A DNA stretch of 64,000 bases from Yuukianura sp. NJ FZ-2021 (Eukaryota). The notes under the pieces were generated by a model. It saw nothing but the letters and a program-made list of their open reading frames with translations, was not told the origin of the DNA and did no database searches. The position numbers and the translations under genes are program-made. Location: positions 7,874,001-7,938,000 of the forward strand of contig CM102287.1 of NCBI GenBank assembly GCA_046563655.1. Direction: 5' to 3'. Positions 21,601 through 33,343 of this stretch are shown in pieces; the stretch's first letter is position 1, and each line of letters opens with the position of its first letter.

Positions 21601-24600
21601 TATTCAGTGTCCTCAAAAACTCATAATTTTCTTCAAGTTCCATCCCTATCATTTCTCCTTTCTTAAATCACAAAAGCCTCACCATTACTCACCCCCCTTG
21701 TTTGCTCCTTCCCAAATTAAAGTCGTGATTTTGCATCAAATTTTAAGTGAAACTCTTGAAAATCTTCTTAAAAAGGGTTTTTCGAAACAAGCATCCTCAT
21801 GAATTTTAAAATTTTGAAAATAAGCAAAATTTCAAAAAATATTGAAAAATCCACAGCTTTGTTTCACATCTGGCCGACGAGAGGGTGGATGCTGGAGAGC
21901 TTTAGTCATGGCACCTAATGTGAAAATTTTTGACGGCAAGAACAAGAATGCGGGTAACTCCGTTTTCTCCGACTTTTTTTTTCGGCGGGAGAGCTATTAT
22001 AAAGCGATTTATAATTCTGAAGATGGAGATGTTGGGTTTGGCTCATTGGCTGCCTCTGAGTTTTAAGTCCTTCCCTTTGCTGCCTTGTCTTGGAAGGAAG
22101 AGCATTAAGAAGCAAGGAGGAATGGAGGGATGATGATGATGAGGGTTCCTGTAGCCTTGGAAGTGGAGTGGGTGTTGGTGTTACCCGAATTCGGGCATTA
22201 GACGCGGGTGAATATGGAAGGAAGTCTGTCTGAGTCGTTTTGCCTCTTCTGTTGCTCGTCTTCTTCAAGACAAGATCCAAAACTTATCACATTAATCTTC
22301 TCGTCGTTTCGCCACATCTTGACGGCTTCCTTCTTTCTTTTTTAATTTTTTCTCTCTCTTGCTTTCTTACGTTTTTTCTTCAGAAAAAAAGGAACCCGCG
22401 TAATCGCAGAAGATAGAAAAAGTGAAGGAGCCTATAGGCTCTGTAACTTTCCCTTCAGTGGTAGACTATTCAAACAAAATTTTTTCAAAAAAAAACCGAA
22501 GAGGGCCTTCATTCGAAAATTGCATTAACTCAAAAGTTTACAATCCAAAAATTGAAAATTTCTTGGAGAAGTTTGTTAAAATCATCAACAGATTAGCATC
22601 TTACAGGGTTTCTTAAATATCCTGTTGGTAATATGAAAAAGTTGGAAGTATGTAGTATATTGTGTGGAAATCGTAACCGGAATTCAAATTCCGAATCCTT
22701 TTTGAAAAAAGCGGATATTGTGAAAAGTGAAATTAAAATTGATAAATTAAGAAAAAAAAATACAAATTATTTATATTCAAAAATTCCGCAAAAAATTAAA
22801 AAATATGACATGGATGCTACCCAGTGGAATTGGTGGATCTGTAATAAACAAGAAAATTTAATCAAAATTTGAAAAAAATTAAACGTCTTGAAAATTTGAA
22901 AATTGAAAAAACAATTTTTCAGTATCCTATCAAAGTGAGTTTTTTCGCAGTTGACTTCTGAAAAAATGTGCCTATTAAAATTTCATTTTCCTGATTCCGG
23001 ATTCAGATTGACCTGATATTGACCCTGTTATTTACGAACTGGGTGATTTCCTTACAACAGTATTTAATAGGAGTCTTTCTTTTCTAATGTCAGAGCTACT
23101 TGTGACTGTGAGGTGATTTATAAACATGATTCCTAACCAAGTTAACGTTGGTTGCAAGACAATTCAAAACACAATTTGAAAACACAAGGAATACATAGAT
23201 TTTTGAAAATAATTGATAAACTGAAATGGATTCTTTGTGTTTGAGATCACTGTGACCTCTGACCCGAGTGCAAATGTATTCTTGGGAGGTTGTCCATTAG
23301 AACACGGTTGTGATGGGCAGTTGGCATAGCAGGGGACTCCTCTCCCATGATTCACAGATCAGGAACTGAGGATCCTGGGAGCAGTGATTCCTTTATGCCT
23401 GAATCATGGATTTTGATCTGATGGGCGAATGGACTCTCAAAGTTACAAAAAGTCTTCAAGCCTTTCGTCCCTTCTGCAACAAACACTATGGCAGTCAATC
23501 CAAAAGTCTTTTAATAAAATCAACCAAAAATCAATGGACTCGGGAGGCTAGAGTTGGTTTCAAGTTGAAGGAAGAAAGGCTACAGGAATAGAGCTCTGGA
23601 AGGAATTATGCACACGGGGTCACAGCAGGGTGTTTTCGGAGAGACCTAAGGGCGCTTACTTTCCAGCTATTATCCTCCTTTATAATGTGTCATGGATTAT
23701 TCGATAGGCTGATTAATGGATTCTCACTCTCCCATTCTGCCAACTTCTGTTCTCAATGACGACGACGACAACGTCGACCGGCACCAACAGAAGACGTCGA
23801 GAGATCTACTTGGCTACAGGAACTGAGCTGCACAGCTTCCATAGGCCCCAGCCTTACAAATAAACAAGCGTCCAAAAAAACCGTCACAGCCTCCCGAACA
23901 ATCCCTGTCACTCAAAGCCTTGAGGACGCGTTTGAATTTCAGAAAGCTTTTTTTGAAAACAGAAAAAGAGTCTCGCGAGGGAGAAGTCTGGAATTCTTTC
24001 AACTTAGACCAAGCGCAGTTTCGCCCAGAGGCGTTCCAACAATGGCTTCGCCCAACAAAACAATTGGAAATCTCCAAAAACCTAACAAAATTCAATCTTC
24101 GAAGAAGGCCTTCGTCATGTACGAAGTCCATTCAGAGCACCCAAACCCCACTGTGGCACCCATTAAACTTGAATTAAGTTGACAAGGATCCGAAGCCTCC
24201 AAAAAAGCTGACCTGACCCTGCGCATGAGTCGGCACTTTTTTAAACAATGTTCCTTGGATCCTATTGACACTTGTGTCAACATCGGCAGGAGCTCTGTAC
24301 AGTCCAGATCCAATTTGAATGCAAATGTATCAAAACCCAGGGCTCAGCGTCTTCTGCCATCCACAGCGTCGGCGTGGACACGTCCAGTGCTGGAGTTTGA
24401 AGCGCCCTGCTGGAAACCAAAATTTCAATTTTAATTTGGAAAAAGCGTTTTGGTCCTCTTTTGAAAATGAATAATTCAGAGAAAGGGAGGGAAGCTGCTG
24501 TGGGATTTTGGTGTGGCCTCCCTTATTCATGGTTGGATTCATGCAGAGAGTGCTTTTTCCTTTTTCCAAAATATGATTGGCACACCCCAACGTCAGGGAA

Positions 24601-27600
24601 AATCTTAAGTCAGTCCTCATGTCAAGCAGAAAAGGGCTCCACAAAAGCAGAATGTCTGAACGCAGGATCTCGGGCTTCAACGGCACACCATCCGAACTGG
24701 GATTCCATTTGTACTGGAGAGGCTCCAAACGCTTACCAACCATTTTGAATCTTCACTTCCTTCAAAAAATGTACCCTTCAAACATGTAATTTTACCTTAG
24801 AAAACGCCATTACGCATCTCTTGTTGAAAAAGAGACGTGGGCCCTTCAAGGGCATCTTGAAAAACAATCAAATTTGAAAATTCCTTGTTAAAAAAAAGTT
24901 TGGAGAACCAGATAGCTTTTGAACAGCAAAACCACAACGCTTCTCTCTTTAAAAACTGTTAAGCTTAGGATTGGTAAATCCAAAAGTTAGGTTCCAAAAT
25001 TTTCCACTTTCACCGAACTTTTTTTTTTGTACATAAGCCGAAAACGAAACTTTTTTTATGAGGTTACGATCTTGGGTCAGTTAAAAAGCTTACTCTCTGG
25101 CACTTTAGTTAACCATTTAAATTTCAAACTTCTCGTTTTTTGTTGTACCTTATTTTTTTGAAAATAACTAAACAGAACAACCCCTTCACTTTGAATTTGA
25201 TTTGTAATCTGTTACGTTTCCTTATTTTCCCCCAAGGGGTTTGAAAGGTCGATTTGCATCCAAATTCAAGCAACCCACACTCAAATCATGTCTTGTCAAC
25301 TTTGATTTCCCAGGCAGGAAAAAGCGTGACGGGCGTAAACTGTTTCTTTTCTTTTACTCTTTTGAGGCTCATTGTTGTTCCTTTAGTTGAAGATGAATTG
25401 ATGCAAGGGTTATTGTTATTTACTTTGGAGAACAGGAATTCACCGAATTCGGATTTCCTCGGCGAGTTGCTGCTTGAGTCGAAGGACGGACAGAAACAAT
25501 CTATCATGGACTGGAAGTGGTTCATTGGACAGGAAGGAAGAGGAAGATAAAAGAACTGCTGGGAAAATCGACATGTCTTGTCCATTTTGACGGTTGTTTT
25601 CTCAGGAAAAAAAATAAGGCAGAAGGCTTTTACCAACTTTCCCTTTTATCTTAACTTTCCTCTTCATAAATTGATTTTTTTTTTCGTTTCATTCAATTTA
25701 CTTTCAAAACTTTCATTTAGAGCAAAAGAAAATTAATACGTAATAACTTTAACTATTCTCGCACAACAGAGAGTTTATCAGGTGAAAGTATTAAGTTAAG
25801 AGAGAAAGCAAATCAAAAATTTGAATGTTCAAAAAAAAATTAATTGATTTTTTTGTGCGAATTGAGAATTGCTTGGAATGGAATTCGGGGAAAAAAAGTT
25901 GCTTTCTCCTGATCCAGTCACTGACTTTTTTTGTTTCCCAAGTTTTGTATTAAAGGCTTTTGGATAGTTCGAGTGAAAGCAAAAAAGTGAAAGCTGCTGG
26001 ACATGTTTGTATGCTCTTAGTGTTAATGCAACACTCAAGAAAAAAGAAAGTAAAGGCCAAATCCACTTCTTACAAAGTCTGTCTCAGCTATACTAGCTTT
26101 TAGGCACCACCACGAGGAAAAACAGCACGAAAAAAAATCCTTTCCGTTTTTTCCCTTGTTCTGGGGCAGAATCTGCTCTTTTTGGAGTGGACTAGAGAAA
26201 GTGAAGATGAAAGTGAAAGCGTCGAGTGTTGGATTTGGAGTAGAATGTTAGTAAGGTTTGAAGTAAGGCTTTGGAGCCAAAGTAACAACTTGAGCAAGGA
26301 AGAAGAAGAAAGTATAATTCAGCCATCAACAGGACAGAGAACGATTAATCTTTGTCCATTTCTTACACTTTATGAGGAAATTTCCACGCAAAAGGAACAC
26401 CAAACCAACTTTCTCCGCCTCTGCCACTCACCTTCACTTTCTCCTTACTCTCGACTCTCACTTTCCACTCTCCAATTTCTTCATTGATGGACATTCACTC
26501 AACAATACCATTTTGGAAAAAAAAAATTCTTTTGTACATTTTTAGGAGATTGTTTTTTAATTTTTTTTTTCGAAAAAAATTCAACCAAAATTTACGAATT
26601 TACGCATCAAACATCACTCCGAGTTAGTAATTGCACATTTACTACTAATTAAACATTTAACTTTCTCGACTTCGCTAGAAATAGTCTCAAAAATTATAAA
26701 GTTTTCATTCGAAAAACTTCGAAGCGTGTACAAAATTTTGCTAAGAATTTGACAACTTCGGTTCAGTTTTAACATTTTTTCCGCTGGAAAGTAGGGTGAG
26801 AACAAGGTCAAATTGTTGCTGACCTAGGCCTTAGCTTAAGAAATTTTTTTGAATTTGGAAATCGTAGGAGGCTAATGGATTTTTGGTTTTGGAAACCCTT
26901 GGTTCTAAAGTGTGAAAATAGAAATTTTTATGGCACTTCAATCACTTTAGACTCCTTTTGAACCAAAAGGCTTTGCCTAATTCTAAATTTCACACCCCAA
27001 ATTAGACTCCTCATCATGAGAATAAGTACACGGACCCACTAAACTTAGTGGTAACGAGTCCCACCATGACCGTGGCCCACCACACCACGCCTCATCTCCT
27101 TCAAAAATAAACTTCTTCCTTGACCAAAACTTTTCAAAAAAAATTTATCTGCAAGTTGAAATAACAGAAAAACAAGGTATGATGTATTTTTCAAAGAAAA
27201 ACCTTGTGTCTCATCTCCGAAAAATAACAAGTTTTGCTCATCTTTTTTTTTCAAAGAAAACAGTATGGATCCTGATGTTGTTTCCTTTTGACGTTGTAAG
27301 CTCAGGTGAGTCAGCAGAAGCTGAAGAATAGAAACTTTTGATGGGAAATGGTTGCTGCTGAAGGCGGTGAGTCTAAGGCGATTATAACGTAAGCAGATCC
27401 TAAGAAAAGACAGCATTATTACTACCATTATCTTCTCCATTTTCACACAAGTGATTCACGAAATCTTGTTTCGAAAAAAAGGCAGCTCAGAAGACATCTG
27501 AAGTCTGAAGTTGGTGAATCTTGGTTAAAATCTTTAGCTGCTGGTCATCCTCGTCATCATCTCCAAATTATCCGTGACAGGTTGGAAGAGTACTAAAAGT

Positions 27601-30600
27601 TAGTATCAAAGACATTCCGAATAATAGACATCCTAATTCTATTATTCTTGAGACTACTATAGCATAACTGCTAGTTGTCTTCACTCCTTACAACAATCAA
27701 ACCGCAACTCCTAACGAACCAATTACTGGCAACGACTAGTTTTACCAATTTACACCTTCAAGAGTTGAATTTTTAACTATTTTTGTACAAAAAAATTGTC
27801 GATAATGAGGTAGGATAGAACGCAATAGCGTCATTAGATTTCTTAATTTTTGAAAATTTATGCTAAAGTAAAAGTTATCCTAATCTGATTTTAAAGTTAC
27901 GTTTAAGTTAAGGTATTACGTTAACATTGTCCTTAGGTTTTTTGGTTATGCTATGTGGATGTTAGGCTACTATGTGGAGAGTGCGATAAAACCAAAACGA
28001 GGTGTTGAACAAGACGTTTATGGCGGAGAAAGTCGATTTTCATCAATTCCAATTTGGATCGGACTTTCTCCAAAGTGAAATCAATTCTTGTAGAGTTTGA
28101 ACTGGAGAAGATGTGGAGAATTTGTAAGAAGCGGAGAAGTGGTATGAAATATCATGAGAAGATTTCAAATGCCAAATAAAGTGTTGAATGAGGTTGTTGA
28201 GAAGCACAAGGAGAAAGTAGAGACAAAGTGAGTGCTGTCGAGAGGGCCGTTTTTATGAAGATTTATAATCCTCCCGGGTCTTAATTTTCTTCCAATTTAT
28301 CAAAAACGCTTTAAACGTTTTACTTTTCAGTTTTATAATGATTCCTCATCTTTAGTCTCACAACTTTATTCTGCAGCACACAACTGCTGCTGCTTCTCAT
28401 TCAGGTTGACTTTGAGGCAAATTAAAACTGTTACTTTCTCCAACTTTTACTTAAAATTAAGTTGTTTGCAGACGAAGTTAGGAAATGGCAACACGAAATA
28501 ATGCTGCTGCTGTAGAGCAAATTGGTGGGTGTTCAAATTTGTTTGTTAAAAAGTTTTCGAAGCAGCTTCTTCTTCTTTTTTTTTTTGTAACTTGAACACT
28601 TCTTGCTAATCTGAATATTTTTGCGTTTTTGAATATTTATGAAGTCCTCAAACAGGAATTTCAAGTTGCGGATACATTTTTCAAACTTTTTTCTTTGAAA
28701 AATAATGTTTTTGAGTGTGAAGCTTTTAGTGGTTAGTGCATTCTGGTGGGGAAGAAGGAAGGGGTTGTTGATTCAGAGATGTAGAGATGTAGTGGCAAGC
28801 GTATTTTCAATACCAACCTTCGCGGAGTGAAGACACAGAAAACTTTTTAAAATAATTTTTGAAATACGGTGGTTTCGGTTACGAAAATTTTTTTGTGGCT
28901 TCGAAATTTAAAATTGTAGCTGTAGATTCTTCATTTGCAAGAAGGACGCTGAAATGTGAAATTTTGGCGGAACAAAAGACGTAATATTTTAGAGAGTTGC
29001 TAAAGTTAGGTTAGGTTATGTTTTAGTCCCGAGTGACTGGGACTGGACGCCAGGGATGTTCGGAGGAGAGGACAGAGACATATGGTGGAACCAGGCAGAG
29101 CACAGGACATGACGGATGACATGAAGATGATGAATGACCCGCTTCCGTCATCCTACCCGATTGACATGTCCTTCCCCTCGTGTCACCCTACACTTCAAAA
29201 ACCGTCTCCAACTTCATCTTCACAACTTCAAACCATTTTCAAGAACTTCAACAATTTCAAAGTGAACAGCGAAAATGGTGAGCTTTGGCGCCGCTCAGAA
29301 CAAAAGGTTTTCCAATTTTCCTTAAAAAAAACAAATTCAAAAAGATGCCTGGAACAACTATGGAGAAAAGGAGAAAACGCTACAAAAAAAAACTGAGCAA
29401 TTTTTTAAGTTGAGTTTTGAAAAAGATTTGCACTTTTTTTTTCTAAATTGAAATCCATTTTTGATTAATTGACCCAAATGCGACGCAGGGGATGGTTTTA
29501 GTCAGAACAAAAACTAGTTTTACAGGATTTTCCAAAACGAAATAAAAAATATTCGCACATCTGAATCCATGGTATAATCTTTGATGGATTTGTAGAAATT
29601 CCCATGTCTCTTAAGCGCTGAAATCTTTGTACTGCAAGCAAAAGACTTTAAGCAAAAACGTTTCCTGTTAAAAGTTCTGAGTGCTCCATGAGAAAAGGAT
29701 GGTGGTGGAGCTCATGTGATGATGCTTGTGCGATGGCTGCTTAGAGGCTTCAAGGCTAGCGAGTATAGGTGCTGGCTACCATTTTTTGATTGACAGTTCC
29801 TACGAACTTTTGAAAAAAAGGGGTAACTGAATTCACAGATTTTGAAATCCTTTTCAATACCAAAGTTAGGTTGAAAGCAAGCGGAAACTGGCTAAAGTCA
29901 GAGTAATAGTGGTTTACTCAAAAGTTCCTGTTTTTGGAACCAATAACTTCCATTTTCAAAACGAAATTGTGCAAATCCTGGAGATTTTTGAGCCAATCTG
30001 TGCAGTTGAATCAAAAGTTGAAGGTCGACGCGTACGTCACGGTGACAGTTCCTACTTGACGCTTGTAGGATTCGAACGCTTACGTGAAAGTTGACAGGCT
30101 GCCGGGTATGATAAGGTAAGTAAATTTTTTGCATTTGTTTAACTTTTTAGTTAACATTAAGTTATGTTATACGTTCCGTTAGTGAAGTAAGAGCTTTTAG
30201 TTACTCCGTTTATGATGATTACTGCGTAAAGTTGCGCATGTGCCTGATGTCTGAGCAAGTGGAACGTATCCGCTCTTCCGCTCGTTAATTTGTGAGTTAA
30301 CTTTTCTGGTACACGTAATCTGCAAGATGATCTTGTGAGTTTTACACCAAAAAAAATTGAGTGGGCACAGAATTTCCGAAAGTGGAAGATTGTTTTGAAC
30401 ATCTGAAAATTGAAAATGCATTTTGACTCCATGGGAAGTATAGGATTCAAAGGGAAACCAAAATCTGTGCACTTCTGACTTGTCAATTTTGTGGAAATTA
30501 ATGATTTTTCGAAATTCTGGGACTTTTTGAAGAAAAGCCCGCTTGTTGTTCTTTTATTTTCCATGAACGTGTTCCTCCCTCCCTCATCTCAGTTTCCCCA

Positions 30601-33257
30601 GCTTAAAACGAAATCCTTGAAAACGAAATGATATGTTATACTTTGGTTTTTCGATTTCTGAAATTTTAAAAACATTGAAATTAAATCCAGAGTTGGTTAG
30701 TTTCTGGAACTGTGAAAGACTGGAATTTCGGTTTGTGAAGTGTTAAGATTGGTGAAGAAGAAGAATTTTGGGATTCTTGGAGGGTGTGAGAAAGTGATCT
30801 AATCGATCAAAAATCTGTCAAAGCACAACCAATCCATTTTTTCTTGTAAGAGCTTTTGAGACAACAAATATTTCATGTTCATAAGAAACTCTCACTGAGA
30901 CACGCCTTCTCCAAAATTTCGAAATCTTCCGAAAGGGGCCCGATTTCTTTCCACCTAGGAACGAGCCGGCATCTACCTCATCTTCAGATGGTTTTTTTCA
31001 GTGGATTTTGTTTGAATTTCGGCAGGTAGACGGTGCTGTTGTAGATCTCTTATGCTGAACCAAACTGATGGTTAGTTTAGTGTGCCCAAAATGTATTTAA
31101 GTTTAAGGAGTTAACCACCTAACCAGCCAAAATAGCGTATTTTGAAGGATTTAGTGAATTTTACTGTGTTGTTTTTTTTTAATCTAATTTATTCATTTTT
31201 AGTTTTAGGCTGAATTTTGACCAATGTAACACATAAGGCAGAAGCGCGAAGCGTCAGAACTAAAATCAACCTAGTTTTGAAAAAACGCAGACGAAAATTA
31301 GGTTTTTACTAAGTGAGGTTCAAGTTTAAAAACTACGAAAAATGAAATGTATCTCTTCTTCAGTTTTTCTGTTTTTTTTTTTTATTTCTACATTCAAAAT
31401 TTTTGAAGAACACGGTTTGGATACTCATACAGAATATGTTTCCTAATGACAGGAACAGAAACAGTAGTGCTAATTTGAAATTTATAACGATTTTCTACAT
31501 AAACAACAAGTTTTAACTAAATGCTGCAGAAATCTATGACTTTGTTGAATTTCAAGAAGATCAAAGCTGATTTCTTGGTAAATTTAGTAACGCATACCAC
31601 AAATGTTTTCACGTTGTGGTCAATTCCTTTCAACTTGTGGAATTATATGCCTAAGGAATGAGATTCTTTTGATTCAGCATGGTAAGAGAACTCAAGCTGA
31701 ACTAAAAGTGTTATTCAAAAAAGGATTGTAAAAAAAAGTGTTTCCAAAAGAAGATGATGTCACGTTTTGTTAATCTTAAAGCACACCGTTCTCTTTGCTT
31801 CACGGAGATTTTGATTGTTGGACATCCAAGCTTGATTCAAGTAGATGATACGAAAGACTAAAGGAACAAAAACTACGTTGGAATTTTCCGATTATTCGAC
31901 ATGCGAATTTCCCACGTTCAAGTCATCATCTCCCCTTTCAATCTTTCCATTTTTTCTTCTTCAAAAAATCCTTTCTTCATTGAAATCACTTTCCACTCAA
32001 AAGATGATCATCATCACGCCTCAAACGGAGACAAAAAGTCTGTCATTGTTCATCTTCGGCGAGAATGTAGTTGGTCAAGTGGAGGTGAGAAAATTTCACC
32101 TGCCAAGATGCAAAAATTTCATCAAGAGTCTTAAGATGCAAAAATACATTCAGTTTTAACAAATGTTTCACTAACTTTTAGAGAAAAATCGTTTTCCGAA
32201 AACTAATCCAACGTTTATAGTGAAAAATCCAAAATTACTACAGGGATGGAAGAGTTTAGTGGATTAATTTTTCTTTGAAAAAAGTGAAACTGATGACACA
32301 ACCTGTACGAAGAGCGTAGAAGATGAAGATGAAAGTCCTTGGTCCTTTAATTCTCTTCGCTTTTTAGTCATCTAATGACATGACTTGCAACAAACTCTTC
32401 TCTTTTTTCGTTTTTGAAAAAAAAGCCTGCACTCCCATTTGGGACTTTTGGAAGACGGTAGGAATCCTATTGTTCTTTTTTCTCTTGAAATTTTTTGAAG
32501 ACGTGATTTAAAAAAAAACAGTGGGGAAGATTGTAAGTAGCACGTTGAACGAAGAAGTTAAAGCGAAGGAACTTCAATTTGAAACGGGTCTCTGAAGAAT
32601 AGGCTCAAATTAAACTTTCCAATTTTAGAGTAGGTTCTGAAAAAATAAATTCATTTTTTGAGAGTAATTTCACAAAAAACAGGAATAATTTGGTGTGTAC
32701 ACAAGAGACTTTGTGAGAATTTTAAATTAGGCTAACCTAACTTTCTTCACATGAATGTTTGGCTCAGGCTAAGCAGTTTCAGCCAACTACAACTATTTCT
32801 AACATGACTACATCTTTTCTAATCTAAATACAAAAATTTTCAGTGATTAAGCTAATCCTCACTTTTCTCATACAGTGTAAGTCGACGACGTTCAAGAAAT
32901 TAATCAAATAGTAGCAGTGAATATTTGTAAACTTAAACCAGGTTCAAAAAGACAACAAATGAGACGATTTTGCTTTTGAAATTTTCAATTTCCCGGGATT
33001 CCGATTCTTCCATTTTTAAATACAACTTTGGATTCTTCTACTCCCTGAAATTTAAAATGATGCTTCGTTTAAATTTTTTCAACATTCTTCAAAATCATGT
33101 AACTACTCTAGGACTTGCAAAAAAAGTCTTCTTCTCTTTCCCGAAATTACTGTTTAAACTTTCTAGTATTGAACTCACCACACCCATTTTCGGGTTTAGA
33201 TCTTCGATGAAATAAATTTGTCGTGTACGGATTAAGTTGTTGAAGATTTTTCAGTTC

Positions 33258-33343
33258 CCGTAAGATACCTGTAGAAACGAGCTTCTGAGGCTGTAGAAAA
33301 CCCAATACTCTACAAAAGCCCGGATCTACAGGGTAGGTTACGG
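33258..33343 (-). ncRNA. mir-993: miR-993 precursor hairpin (5p 33335-33313, 3p 33285-33263)
   Basis: The reverse complement gives 5p TACCCTGTAGATCCGGGCTTTTG and 3p GAAGCTCGTTTCTACAGGTATCT, closed by a CCGTAA/TTACGG basal stem. It lies between Dfd and Hox3, antisense to the Hox genes, the position known for this miR-10-family gene. Confidence 0.97.

Larger units (their letters stand above)
15269..23265 (-). promoter_or_regulatory. Nuclear-receptor direct repeats flanking Dfd: DR1 15269-15281, DR2 19519-19532, DR5 23009-23025, DR1 23253-23265
   Basis: On + they read TGACCTcTGACCT, TGACCTcgTGACCT, TGACCTgatatTGACCC and TGACCTcTGACCC, i.e. RGGTCA direct repeats all on the - strand. Function is inferred only. 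Confidence 0.5.

Noticed and set aside
29898..30564. Cluster of ORFs around a strong AAG|GTAAGT donor near 30116
   Set aside because: No recognisable protein and no consistent frame; at most a non-coding exon, which cannot be supported from sequence alone.
33258..33343. A + strand antisense miRNA at the miR-993 locus (iab-4/iab-8-like)
   Set aside because: G-U pairs of the - strand hairpin become A-C mismatches on +, giving a poorer stem, and there is no other support.
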